DNA from: Lachnospiraceae bacterium
GTDB taxonomy: Bacteria; Bacillota; Clostridia; Lachnospirales; Lachnospiraceae
Assembly (NCBI GenBank): GCA_028692975.1
Contig: JAQUWF010000006.1
Location: 5,363-69,362, forward strand
Length of the DNA: 64,000 bases
Direction of reading: 5' to 3'
Shown one piece after another: positions 10,041-19,112 of this stretch. Numbering within the stretch: position 1 is the stretch's first letter; each line of letters opens with the position of its first letter. Both the position numbers and the translations under genes were made by a program. The notes under the pieces are model-generated. The model saw only the letters and a program-made list of their open reading frames with translations, searched no databases and was not told where the DNA came from.

Positions 10041-10469
10041 TGCTCCGATGGACTTGATGTTCATGCTGAGCACGCAGTCCGATACATGCTCCTCGTTCAT
10101 ATCCAGCGCATAGTCGATCTGGATATCCATATTGCTGTCTGTCTCCTGCACATTTATTTTGGTGGTGGCTATCCCCATCTGGATCGTACCGAAAGGTGTC
10201 GTATAATAAGTAACATCCTTTTTCCCTTCCTCAAAGACCATATGTACATTCACCGCACCTTTTTTGCTCACTTCGATGCTTTTGGGCCTGATCTTCATAA
10301 GATTCTGTACCGTATCGGTCACATCCTCAAAGGATTCTTCATATTTTATGTAATGATTTCCATTGCGGAAATAATACTCTCCCGCTGTCATGATCTCGAT
10401 GGGGGATGGTTCTTCCATTTGATTACCGAACTGTTCTCCCTTTATGCTTACTAATATTTCTTTTGTCAT
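10038..10469 (-). CDS. DUF1934 (YwiB-like) beta-barrel protein
   Basis: 143-aa ORF. The pattern ILVSIKG...IEIMTAGEYYFRNGNHYIKYEES...MVFEEGKK...YYTTPFG matches DUF1934 family members as I recall them. Confidence 0.65.
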   Translation of the reverse strand: MTKEILVSIKGEQFGNQMEEPSPIEIMTAGEYYFRNGNHYIKYEESFEDVTDTVQNLMKIRPKSIEVSKKGAVNVHMVFEEGKKDVTYYTTPFGTIQMGIATTKINVQETDSNMDIQIDYALDMNEEHVSDCVLSMNIKSIGA

Positions 10470-10476
10470 AATCTAC

Positions 10477-11298
10477 TTAGTACTCCTCAATATTTATCTG
10501 TTTCGTGGACGTCACATCCAATGGCAGGATCGTGTTTGCAAAATCATTGAACCGTTGTTCTGCATCGCTGACAAAGAAGGAATGGCATGGCTTGCCCTCT
10601 CTGTTCCCCTGATTGGCAATACCTTCTTTCTCCAGCAGACGCCCCAGTTCCACGGCTGTCTCATAGGCTGGATTGACCAGCGTCACTTCCTTCCCCACTG
10701 CTTTTTGCATATTGGAACGCAGCAGCGGATAATGCGTGCAGCCAAGAATCAAGGTATCAATATCCTGCTGAAGCAGGGATTCCAGATAACGATGAATCAC
10801 CTCGTCCGTAACCGGATCCTTTAACCAGCCCTCTTCCACCAGTGGACACAAAAGCGGACAGGCTTTGTCCAGCACTTCTATCTCCGGATCCAGTTGTTTC
10901 AGACAACGTGTGTACGTCTCAGATCCTATGGTCGCGGCAGTGGCAATAACGCCCACACGCTTGTTTTTTGTAGTCCCAGCCGCCACACGTGCCCCCGGCT
11001 CGATCACCCCGATGATAGGAATGTCGATCTCCGCTGTCAACTCCTCCAGAGCCATGGCACTGGCCGTATTACATGCGATCACGATGGCCTTTACGTTCTG
11101 TGTCCGCAAAAACCGCTCAATCTGTCTGGCATACCGCAGCACCGTTTCCTTTGACTTGCTTCCATACGGCACACGGGCCGTGTCACCAAAATATACGATT
11201 TCCTCATTGGGAAGATTCCGCATAATCTCCCGAGCCACCGTCAATCCGCCGACCCCAGAGTCAAAAACACCGATGGGTGCCTGATTTATCTCACTCAT
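10477..11298 (-). CDS. murI: glutamate racemase
   Basis: IGVFDSGVGGLTV and ACNTAS / GCTHYP catalytic-Cys motifs. Start set at ATG 11298 (GGAG 6 nt upstream) rather than the track start 11310. Confidence 0.9.
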   Translation of the reverse strand: MSEINQAPIGVFDSGVGGLTVAREIMRNLPNEEIVYFGDTARVPYGSKSKETVLRYARQIERFLRTQNVKAIVIACNTASAMALEELTAEIDIPIIGVIEPGARVAAGTTKNKRVGVIATAATIGSETYTRCLKQLDPEIEVLDKACPLLCPLVEEGWLKDPVTDEVIHRYLESLLQQDIDTLILGCTHYPLLRSNMQKAVGKEVTLVNPAYETAVELGRLLEKEGIANQGNREGKPCHSFFVSDAEQRFNDFANTILPLDVTSTKQINIEEY

Positions 11299-11410
11299 AA
11301 TTTTCTCCATATCAAATAATATACTTCACTTATTCTACCCTGTCTGGGAAGATAATTCAAGCACGAGCCATGCATTTCCGATTTATTCCTTTTTTCTAAG
11401 TATATCATAA

Positions 11411-11710
11411 GGCGGACGCCGGGGCGAGGGCACCTTATTTTTGGGCGAAAGATTTTAGAATTTCGCCCTCTCATCCCCCATCCTTCCCCATCCCCGCGCC
11501 GCCAGCCCCAGCCAGCCGCAAGGCCGCGCTCCATTTTCACATGTACTTTTCGAAACCTTTGGCCAAAGGAGTCCGAAAATCCAGCGCTTACGGAGACTTA
11601 GGCGCGAGGCCCCTGCCGAGCGTCTTAGTCGCAGTTAGCGATTAGTTGAGGAGGACGACGCAGGTTTCGCAAAAGTACATGTGAAAATGGGGCGCGGCCT
11701 TGCGGCTGGC
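11411..11710. repeat. structured palindromic intergenic element, copy A1 (47-nt imperfect inverted repeat around a conserved core)
   Basis: Arms 11511-11557 and 11663-11710 are near-perfect reverse complements. Core 11586-11648 is homologous to 19184-19246, including the identical 16-mer GCTTACGGAGACTTAG. An extra GGGCGAAA/TTTCGCCC hairpin lies at 11443-11468, and a GCCGGGGCGAGGG block at 11418-11430 resembles the A2 arm. Confidence 0.7.
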
Positions 11711-11722
11711 GTCCCCCCCTCT

Positions 11723-12334
11723 TCACGAAAACCACTTCCACCCAATCTTAAATTTTTTATCCTTCATAACCGCCTCAAACTCCTCCCGAGTCAAAAGATC
11801 CTCCAACTCCCCAAGCTTCTCATCCGCCACCACCTCATAACTATCCTCCACAAAACAAAGCCCCGGATAAATCACACACCACCAATTATGCCCCGCAGCT
11901 TCCCCGATACGCACCTGCAGCGCCTCATAAATGCCCTCCGGCAAGGTGACATCCCCATAAGACTTCACCGGAAAATACAACTTCCGAAGCCCCGCCTCCA
12001 CCGGATACGCATATCCATTCTCCGCGATGACCTCCTCCGCCCGCGCAACGACAGCGTCCATCTGTTCCAGGATCATCCCCCTGGCATCCTCCACACTCTC
12101 CGCCTTATCCACAGAATCCTCCAGATACCGGATAACCCCATCCCGCACCTTCAATTTCAACGCCTGATCCGCCTCACTGTCACTGTTGGCCAACACATGG
12201 AAACGAATAATCTTACCGGCGATCCCCTCCTGAATCTCCCGGGAAGTCTCCACAGTCCCTGCCACAGACAGCCAGGTTCCCAAAAGCCCAATCAATACAG
12301 CCAAAATAGCAACCACAAACTTCGCTCTCTTCAT
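11723..12334 (-). CDS. spoIIR: stage II sporulation protein R
   Basis: 203-aa ORF with a signal/TM N-terminus followed by IRFHVLANSDSEADQALKLKVRD, the hallmark SpoIIR motif. Confidence 0.85.
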   Translation of the reverse strand: MKRAKFVVAILAVLIGLLGTWLSVAGTVETSREIQEGIAGKIIRFHVLANSDSEADQALKLKVRDGVIRYLEDSVDKAESVEDARGMILEQMDAVVARAEEVIAENGYAYPVEAGLRKLYFPVKSYGDVTLPEGIYEALQVRIGEAAGHNWWCVIYPGLCFVEDSYEVVADEKLGELEDLLTREEFEAVMKDKKFKIGWKWFS

Positions 12335-12362
12335 ATACAGAGTATTGCCTGAAACAGCCAGC

Positions 12363-13919
12363 CTATTCCATGAAAATCTCCACCTTTTTTCCTTGGATGG
12401 TCACCCGCGCCAGTGTTGGGATACTGTCCTCATTACTCCACTGCCGGTACAGTTCCCGCAATGTACAGATATCCTCCTTCTGCTCCTGCTTATCAATAAC
12501 CCCTTTAATGGTCTTCCCAATAGACTCCAGCGTATTTCCGTTGGCTTCCATAAACTCCGGCAGCTGTTTGGCAGCCAGCACAGGCATGTCCTCATTCAAT
12601 GTGGTCTCACTCTGCAGATAAGTCACAACCTCCCCGAACGCTTCCCTGTCCGCTGTCAGCCCATTACCCAGAAGCAGCACCTCCACGTGGCTTAAATCCA
12701 GCGTCTGTTCATGGGATTTGCGCAGGTTTTCAGCAATTTCTTCCATGGAGTTCCCTGTCTCCGTCCAGTTGAGTTCCTCCATATCCGTTTCCTTCTCCTG
12801 TCCCGTGGTCACGGCCAGATTCGGCATGGCGTAAGACGCCTCAAAGCCCTGCTCCGTGTGGTCCATGCCCAGGGCCAGGGGAAGGGCACGTTTCTCCGGC
12901 TCCGTGCCGCCGCAGCCGGTCAATGTCACAATAATCCCAAGCGCTACCGCCAGGATCAAAAACACCGGCACAAAAATACCCAATAACCATTTTTCATACA
13001 ATTCCATAATCGTGACTCCTCTTATTTCGACGACAGATACCAGAAAAACCAGCAGCGCGATGACACCATAGGGCACCGCCACATGTGTTTTCCCCGCAAT
13101 GTGGGCACTGTAAAAGAAAATGCTCTTCAGGGTAAAAAGCAGTAAAAACAACAGCAGCACCATGGTAAACAGACCATAGCGCACCTGTCCCTTCTCCCCG
13201 AAGAATGCACGGAACGCCGCCAGGGCTGCGAAGAGAAATAAAAACACCTGCCCCATAGCCTGAAAAATTTTCCGATAATTCCCCGCCGGACGCCGCACAG
13301 CACCCAGCGTAAACGGAACAAGGGCGAGCCCTGCAAAGGCTCCGAAAAGCCCATAGGTCCCTTTTCCCACACGGTCCCAGTCTATGGAGCCAGAGACGCG
13401 CACCCATTCCCAGCTGCCGCGCCACATTTGCCCAAAAATCAGTAGGACAAAAGCCACAGTCAGCACCGGATAACAGATCTCCGCCATGCGCCCGCGCCTT
13501 TGTATATCCTCCACCTTTCCCAGGATACAGACCACCAGCAGAAAAACAGCCAGCACGAAAGACGGAACGCCCTGGATCAGGTAACGTTCCACAATCTGCG
13601 TCATTCTGCACAAAAGATATCCACCACTTGCCACCAGAAAACACAGGTACAAAAGGCCCATGCCCCAGGTCAGCCACTTACCCAGATAGCGTCTGGGATG
13701 TGCGTAAACAGGGGCCAGCCGTACCAAATACAGGCAGTAGATACTGATACAGAAAAAAGCCGCGACGCAGGCCACAAAGCCCTCCCGTCCGTCCAGCCGT
13801 TCCCAGCCCGGAAGCAGAAACAGAGCAATGCCCAGAAAGGTAAGAAACACCTGTCGTTTCATCTGTTGTGAGGAAATCTGGTTATTATCTGCAAACATTT
13901 TTGTACTCCTTAGAAACAA
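12363..13919 (-). CDS. spore germination protein, GerAB-like permease fused in frame to a short GerAC-like lipoprotein module
   Basis: 518-aa ORF. The first approximately 330 aa are polytopic (GerAB/amino-acid-permease-like). Then MELYEKWLLGIFVPVFLILAVALGIIVTLTGCGG (lipobox LTGC) is followed by about 175 aa resembling only the N-terminal half of Ger(x)C. It overlaps gerAA by 35 nt. Confidence 0.6.
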   Translation of the reverse strand: MFLRSTKMFADNNQISSQQMKRQVFLTFLGIALFLLPGWERLDGREGFVACVAAFFCISIYCLYLVRLAPVYAHPRRYLGKWLTWGMGLLYLCFLVASGGYLLCRMTQIVERYLIQGVPSFVLAVFLLVVCILGKVEDIQRRGRMAEICYPVLTVAFVLLIFGQMWRGSWEWVRVSGSIDWDRVGKGTYGLFGAFAGLALVPFTLGAVRRPAGNYRKIFQAMGQVFLFLFAALAAFRAFFGEKGQVRYGLFTMVLLLFLLLFTLKSIFFYSAHIAGKTHVAVPYGVIALLVFLVSVVEIRGVTIMELYEKWLLGIFVPVFLILAVALGIIVTLTGCGGTEPEKRALPLALGMDHTEQGFEASYAMPNLAVTTGQEKETDMEELNWTETGNSMEEIAENLRKSHEQTLDLSHVEVLLLGNGLTADREAFGEVVTYLQSETTLNEDMPVLAAKQLPEFMEANGNTLESIGKTIKGVIDKQEQKEDICTLRELYRQWSNEDSIPTLARVTIQGKKVEIFME

Positions 13920-15165
13920 ACGGCATCAAAAAAGGTATCTTGAAACTGACCAGCCCCGACAGATGCTCCAGCACACCGAACACGCCCAGCACGATACCAA
14001 ATATCCCGAGAAATGCCCCCAGGAAAATGAAGACATATTTCAACAAGCGGAAGGTGCTGGCGAATTCATCATTGGGTATGGCAAAAGCCCCCAAAGCCGT
14101 CAGTGCCACCATGACCACCACCATGGGGCTGACCAGATTCGCCGTGACCGCAGCCTGTCCGATGATCAGACCACCTACAATACCAATGGTTCCGCCCAAA
14201 GGTCCCGGCATACGGATACCTGCCTCACGGATCAGTTCAAAAGAAAGTTCCATAAGCAGGACCTCCACCAGGCTGGGAAAGGGAACACCCTGACGTGCCT
14301 CCGCGAAGGAGAGCAGCAGGTTGGTGGGCAGCAACTGGGTATGGAAATTCGTCACCGCCAGATACAGACCGCCCAGCAGCATGGCGACCACCAGTGCCAC
14401 ATACCGCAGCGCCTTCACAAAGGTCACGATCTCCTTTGGATTGTACGCATCCTCGCTGGCCTCCATAAAATTATGAAAGGTGGTGGGCAGCAAAAGACCC
14501 ACCGGGGAATTATCACTGAGAAACAGGATCCGCCCCTTCAGAAGTTCCATGGCAGCCCGGTCCGGCCGCTGGGTCGTCTGGAATCTGGGAAATGGAGAAT
14601 ACCACTCTTCCACTGCCAGATGCTCCACCATCCCGCTGTCCATAACGCCATCCACATGCAGTTCCTTGATCCGGTTCGTAATATTCTCCAGCAGCCCCGG
14701 CGGTATCCGCCCCTCCATATATACCAGAGACACCGCCGTGTTGGACTCCTGTCCCATCTGATGTTCCGCCACCTTCAGATCCGGCGTGCGGATCCGTTTG
14801 CGCACCAGCGCCACATTAGTCTTGACCGAATCGGCAAAGCCCTCCTGAGATCCCCGCAGCACCTTCTCCATCTGAGATTCCTGTACGCCCATGTTGGGAT
14901 AGCCCTGGCTGGAAATCTTGTAGGCCTTGTCATTACCCTGACAGAACAGGACCGCATTCCCTGCCATAAGAATACGCACGGCATCTTCCATGGTTTCGAT
15001 TTCCTTCACATCCCCGATTTTGAATGTGTCTACCGTGGTCTCCAGATAAACGACTACACAGCGGCCAAAACCTTTCAGATCATATTCACGGATATTCACA
15101 TCCGCACAGTCCTGGCACAAGCCCTCCAGGTATCGTTTGTTCACATCTATATTCTTCGATATCAT
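13885..15165 (-). CDS. spore germination protein, GerAA family
   Basis: GerAA-type soluble N-domain plus C-terminal TM region (TTFHNFMEASEDAY, PFPSLVEVLLMEL). Start set at ATG 15165 (GGGAGG 6 nt upstream); the track ORF extends 31 codons further without an RBS. Confidence 0.8.
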   Translation of the reverse strand: MISKNIDVNKRYLEGLCQDCADVNIREYDLKGFGRCVVVYLETTVDTFKIGDVKEIETMEDAVRILMAGNAVLFCQGNDKAYKISSQGYPNMGVQESQMEKVLRGSQEGFADSVKTNVALVRKRIRTPDLKVAEHQMGQESNTAVSLVYMEGRIPPGLLENITNRIKELHVDGVMDSGMVEHLAVEEWYSPFPRFQTTQRPDRAAMELLKGRILFLSDNSPVGLLLPTTFHNFMEASEDAYNPKEIVTFVKALRYVALVVAMLLGGLYLAVTNFHTQLLPTNLLLSFAEARQGVPFPSLVEVLLMELSFELIREAGIRMPGPLGGTIGIVGGLIIGQAAVTANLVSPMVVVMVALTALGAFAIPNDEFASTFRLLKYVFIFLGAFLGIFGIVLGVFGVLEHLSGLVSFKIPFLMPFVSKEYKNVCR

Positions 15166-15207
15166 ATATGCCTCCCGCCGGCATATTTTCAGTATCACCG
15201 GCACGAT

Positions 15208-15244
15208 AAAACGACAGATTTCCATGATGGAAGCCTGTCGTTTT
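15208..15244 (-). terminator. intrinsic terminator after the GntR gene
   Basis: Perfect 10-bp stem AAAACGACAG / CTGTCGTTTT with a 17-nt loop, 32 nt downstream of the GntR stop. Confidence 0.5.
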
Positions 15245-15275
15245 ATTAGGAATAGCATATGCTTTTTTTCTGTTT

Positions 15276-15953
15276 TTATACTCTGGAATTGCGCAGCCCG
15301 GTTATAATCGCCTGCTGCTGATTATCGATGTGCTTGTAGATCAGTTCTTTGGCTGCCTCAGCATCCTTATTCCGCAAGGCTGCCACGATCTTGTCATGCT
15401 CCGCCACCAACGCCTTCCTGGCATCCATATCCTTCAGATATTCTACGCGGAAGCGGTACATCTGCTCCCGGAGATTATTTAATATCTGCACCAGACGGCG
15501 GTTCCGCGTGGCATTGTAGATAATATCGTGGAACTGCACATCCATCTCCGCCAGTTTGGTCAAATCTTTGGTCTGGATGACTTTCTCAAAATTTCTCGCC
15601 GCCTGATCCAGTTCCTTTAATTCGTCTTCATCGATACGTTCACACGCCTTGGCGATAGCCAGTTCCTCCAGGCCTTTCCGGACTTCCAGCACATCATTTA
15701 ATTCCTGCTCCGTGATCTGGGCCACCTGCGCACCCTTTCTGGGGATCATGACTACCAATCCCTCCAGTTCTAATTTACGCATGGCCTCACGGATAGGGGT
15801 CCGGCTCACGCCGAGACGATTGGCCAGGGCAATCTCCATAAGGCGCTCGCCCGGCTTTAATTCGCCTTGCAAAATAGCCCTTCGCAGTGTCGTGAACACC
15901 ACTTCCCGCAAAGGTAAATATTCATCCATATCGATCTGAAAATCACTTGTCAT
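15276..15953 (-). CDS. GntR family transcriptional regulator, FadR/FCD subfamily
   Basis: N-terminal wHTH (LGVSRTPIREAMRKLELEGLV) plus an FCD-type helical C-domain. Start set at ATG 15953 with GGAGGG 7 nt upstream. Confidence 0.85.
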   Translation of the reverse strand: MTSDFQIDMDEYLPLREVVFTTLRRAILQGELKPGERLMEIALANRLGVSRTPIREAMRKLELEGLVVMIPRKGAQVAQITEQELNDVLEVRKGLEELAIAKACERIDEDELKELDQAARNFEKVIQTKDLTKLAEMDVQFHDIIYNATRNRRLVQILNNLREQMYRFRVEYLKDMDARKALVAEHDKIVAALRNKDAEAAKELIYKHIDNQQQAIITGLRNSRV

Positions 15954-15966
15954 CTGTATTCCCTCC

Positions 15967-16017
15967 ATAACTATTCAGCAAGTCTACATCGTAACTGGTC
16001 AGGTACTGAACCGTTAC
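15967..16017. mobile_element. 51-bp MITE-like element (short derivative of the 48315-48446 element) flanked by a perfect 8-bp direct repeat TTCCCTCC
   Basis: Positions 15988-16017 match 48417-48446 at 28/30. Positions 15967-15987 resemble the other terminus (GTAACTATTC...). Direct repeats lie at 15959-15966 and 16018-16025. Confidence 0.6.
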
Positions 16018-16883
16018 TTCCCTCCGTAATTATTGTAAGGTGTGGTCAGGAAAAGCTGTTTGGTCAGTTTGCTTCTGCGCAGTGCCCGTTTTGCCTGCTT
16101 TGCCTTCTCTTCATCATCAAAAATACCGAAAACAGTAGGACCGCTGCCGCTCATCAGTGCATTGCAGGCACCGTTTTCTTTCATACATGCCTTTATCTCC
16201 TCAATAATCGGGTATTCCGGTATGGTAACCGTCTCCAGCACATTTTCCATACGGCTGACTACGCCCTCCAGACTGCCTTCCTGCAAAGCCGCCACCATAC
16301 CGTCGATATCCGGATGCTGTTCCAGTTCATTCGCCCTCAGATTCCCATAGACAAACTTTGTGGATACGCTGATGCCCGGTTTGCCGATCAGTATATAGCA
16401 GGGCGGCATAGGCGCAAGCGGCGTCAGGATCTCACCGATGCCCTCGGACAGAGCCGTTCCGCGCATGATGCAATAAGGCACATCCGCCCCTATGGTCACC
16501 CCCCGCTCCATAAGGTCCTGCATGGACAGTCCCAGATTAAAAAGACGGTTGATTCCCACCAGTGTGGCCGCGGCATCAGAACTTCCCCCTGCCATACCGG
16601 CTGCCACCGGAATGAATTTCTGCAGCGCGATACTGACACCCTGGGTGATATGAAATTCGTCCATGAGCATTTTGGCAGCTTTATAGACCAGATTATTCTC
16701 GTTGACCGGCAGATAGGACAGATTCGTCTGTACATCAATCCCTGCGGTATGTTTTTTCTTGATTTCCAACTGGTCATACATATTGATGGTCTGCATGATC
16801 ATGCGGACTTCATGATATCCGTCTTCCCTTTTTCGTACCACATCCAGACCAAGATTTATTTTTGCCAATGCTCTTAATTTCAT
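16014..16883 (-). CDS. ispE: 4-(cytidine 5'-diphospho)-2-C-methyl-D-erythritol kinase
   Basis: MKLRALAKINLGLDV start and GHMP-kinase motif PVAAGMAGGSSDAAA. Start set at ATG 16883; the longer track ORF lacks an RBS. Confidence 0.9.
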   Translation of the reverse strand: MKLRALAKINLGLDVVRKREDGYHEVRMIMQTINMYDQLEIKKKHTAGIDVQTNLSYLPVNENNLVYKAAKMLMDEFHITQGVSIALQKFIPVAAGMAGGSSDAAATLVGINRLFNLGLSMQDLMERGVTIGADVPYCIMRGTALSEGIGEILTPLAPMPPCYILIGKPGISVSTKFVYGNLRANELEQHPDIDGMVAALQEGSLEGVVSRMENVLETVTIPEYPIIEEIKACMKENGACNALMSGSGPTVFGIFDDEEKAKQAKRALRRSKLTKQLFLTTPYNNYGGK

Positions 16884-16962
16884 TCGTACCACCGCCCTTT
16901 GTTCTTTGTTGTACTTTGTATACAATGTATTATACCACCTTTGTATACGGAAAATCAACCGT

Positions 16963-18522
16963 TTATCCCTCCACATTTTTTACCAGAATCAGGCATTGAC
17001 CGGGATGGATTTCCGCTTCTTCCAACTGATTCATGGTACAGATGGATTCGCTGGTGGTATAGAACCGTTTGGCGATATCCCACAGCGTATCCTGGGATTT
17101 GACCACGTAGCCCACGATACCCGGCATCTGCTGGATCTTATCCCAGTCCAGTTCCTGCTGAGTGATGCCCTGCACCACAGACTCTATCCAGCAGTCCAGC
17201 ACCAGCGCATTCAGATTGATCAGGGCCTTCACCTCGATCTCCTTGTTATCCAGCATGGTAGTTGATAATTGTTCTAATTCTGCCTGCAGATAATAACGGC
17301 TGCCCGGATGTATTCCCTCCGCCTCCAGGGTATGGCTGAAAGGAATCATGGCCTCCATAGAATAAAACGGCATATCATCATCACCGATAATGTACAGGAT
17401 CTTCAACTGCAAAACGCCCTCCAGCGCGATGCCATTCTCCACAATATCACTGCGGTCAATCTTCACCGTCCCCTCACTATGACACACCTGCAGGATCTTC
17501 CCATCTGTCTCGTCCATGGGAATGTGCTCACTGATGCGGCATTTTCCATAATTTTTCACCAACAGACTCTCCAGCTCTTCCTCCTGGCGCGCCACCTGAT
17601 AATCCCTGGTAGGCGTATAGACATCCTGGAGCAGCTCCAGTGATTCCTCCTGGTAAATCTTCATATTCAATTCCATGACTATATCCGCCACCAGTATGCG
17701 CTCCATACCGTCCGCATCCGGCTTCACCTCCAGACTTCCCTGGACATAAGCCACCTCGATATTGGGAATCATTTCTGTGGTACAGCCCTCGCAGGGCACC
17801 GCATTATGAAATGGAATGGAATATTCCAGCCATTCCATAGAATTAGACTCCTCGCTCTCGCAATACAGCACGAAGACAAAGACCTCGCCCTTGACCATGA
17901 CCTGATCTTCCTCCGCACGGATATCCACGCCGCGGACCTCCACATTCTCCCATCGAATCTCATAGATATCCGGTTTGTTGGAGGACAACTGAAATTCTTC
18001 TTTTATGCGCATAGTATCACGATTATGTAATTTCAGTTCCATGACGGTCATAGATTTCTTTTTGCAGCTTACGTCCCCCGCATCGATGCCTGTGGGCAGC
18101 TGAAGGCTCTTCTCCTCCTCGGCCCTTCCCTGGAACGATACCAGTGCCTTGACCCCCAGTTTGCGGGAATTGATCACGCGGATGCTCAAATCTTCCAGTT
18201 CCCATGTGAGGTTAATCTTATCCCCGCCGCAGACGCCGTCCAGATTCATATTCTCTTCTATAGGAAGATTTCCCTCCAGGCTGCATATCTGCCCTCTGTC
18301 CCCCTCCGCTACATACAAAAGGCAGAAAATCAGTTTACCCAGGATCAGCACATGATTTTCCGATACCTTTACTTCCTCAATCTCCACTCTGCCCTTTTTC
18401 TGGATCATACGCCCAACATCTGCTTTCTGATCCGGCACATTGTAGTCTTCGTCAAAGGTCAGCTGCAGCGATGCCTCCGCTTTTGTGATCATTTTATACA
18501 TTTGCCTGTAGATAATTTCCAT
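16963..18522 (-). CDS. DUF3794 (SPOCS) domain protein with C-terminal LysM domain
   Basis: 519-aa ORF with repeated beta-rich DUF3794-like modules. The C-terminal YVVKSQDTLWDIAKRFYTT...HPGQCLILVK is a LysM motif. GGGAGG RBS. Confidence 0.7.
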   Translation of the reverse strand: MEIIYRQMYKMITKAEASLQLTFDEDYNVPDQKADVGRMIQKKGRVEIEEVKVSENHVLILGKLIFCLLYVAEGDRGQICSLEGNLPIEENMNLDGVCGGDKINLTWELEDLSIRVINSRKLGVKALVSFQGRAEEEKSLQLPTGIDAGDVSCKKKSMTVMELKLHNRDTMRIKEEFQLSSNKPDIYEIRWENVEVRGVDIRAEEDQVMVKGEVFVFVLYCESEESNSMEWLEYSIPFHNAVPCEGCTTEMIPNIEVAYVQGSLEVKPDADGMERILVADIVMELNMKIYQEESLELLQDVYTPTRDYQVARQEEELESLLVKNYGKCRISEHIPMDETDGKILQVCHSEGTVKIDRSDIVENGIALEGVLQLKILYIIGDDDMPFYSMEAMIPFSHTLEAEGIHPGSRYYLQAELEQLSTTMLDNKEIEVKALINLNALVLDCWIESVVQGITQQELDWDKIQQMPGIVGYVVKSQDTLWDIAKRFYTTSESICTMNQLEEAEIHPGQCLILVKNVEG

Positions 18523-18549
18523 AGATACCTCCCTGAACGCACTTATTTT

Positions 18550-18957
18550 TCACTGAAACAATACGGGCTCTTCCTGCTCTTCCATCTTCAGGACCACATA
18601 GGGGTAAGAAGTCCCACCCTTTGCCTCCTCCGCACTGGCCGGTCCCAGCAGCTCCGTTTCCACATAAATAGCCCCTTCGCCCAGATACACATCCAGAACC
18701 TTTATACTATACCCACCCGTAGGCTGCCCGCCATATCCCCGCAGCAGATACAAAAATCCTTCATACTCATAAGTCATCTGAAACTCTTCCGCCTTATGCT
18801 CCTCCACAGCGGCCTGTACCGGTTCCGGGATGTCCGCCGCCTTCACCACCGTATAATCAAGATCCTTCACCCGCACATTCTCCACCTTCGTAATCTGACA
18901 CCCCACCAAAAGCCCGGCGCATCCCAGGATCACAACAAACCCTCTCCCCCATCTCAT
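18550..18957 (-). CDS. PrcB_C-domain (protease complex subunit PrcB-like) putative lipoprotein
   Basis: C-terminal GGYSIKVLDVYLGEGAIYVETELLGP...YPYVVLK resembles PrcB_C. The likely start MRWGRGFVVILGCAGLLVGC (lipobox) is at 18957; the track start 19122 would run into the palindromic repeat. Confidence 0.55.
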   Translation of the reverse strand: MRWGRGFVVILGCAGLLVGCQITKVENVRVKDLDYTVVKAADIPEPVQAAVEEHKAEEFQMTYEYEGFLYLLRGYGGQPTGGYSIKVLDVYLGEGAIYVETELLGPASAEEAKGGTSYPYVVLKMEEQEEPVLFQ

Positions 18958-19112
18958 CCACCCAAAGCCCCCATAAAAATCATTTCTTCCCTTATATCTT
19001 ATGTGGACTTTTTGGATGTATGCATTTATAATATAGATAGCGTCACCGTCAGGCTGACGCCACCCCAAATACAAACAGAAAAATTTGCTATCCAAACGTG
19101 AACCAATAGCCA

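Noticed and set aside
11295-12352. ORFs 11295-11540 (81 aa) and 11681-12352 (223 aa), both beginning MKM(E/G)RGLAAG
   Set aside because: Their similar N-termini simply reflect the two arms of the palindromic element A1 read on opposite strands. The longer ORF is antisense to spoIIR and Pro/Leu/His-rich.
13828-15249. 473-aa plus-strand ORF (and other long antisense ORFs, e.g. 1123-2061, 8123-9220, 6330-7079, 18352-19101, 54301-55089, 28606-29325)
   Set aside because: These are shadow ORFs antisense to well-supported genes (gerAA, amylase, deacetylases, DUF3794, hcp, SNF transporter). They have His/Gln/Arg/Leu-rich, family-less translations and no RBS.
16884-16976. N-terminal extensions offered by the ORF track for ispE, rpiB (31135-31266), prcB-like (18958-19122), gerAA, alsA-like, crp, Na/Pi transporter, aromatic acid exporter, lyxose isomerase and ferredoxin
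   Set aside because: In each case an internal ATG preceded by a GGAGG-type RBS coincides with the conserved family N-terminus. The extensions have no RBS and run into upstream genes or repeats.
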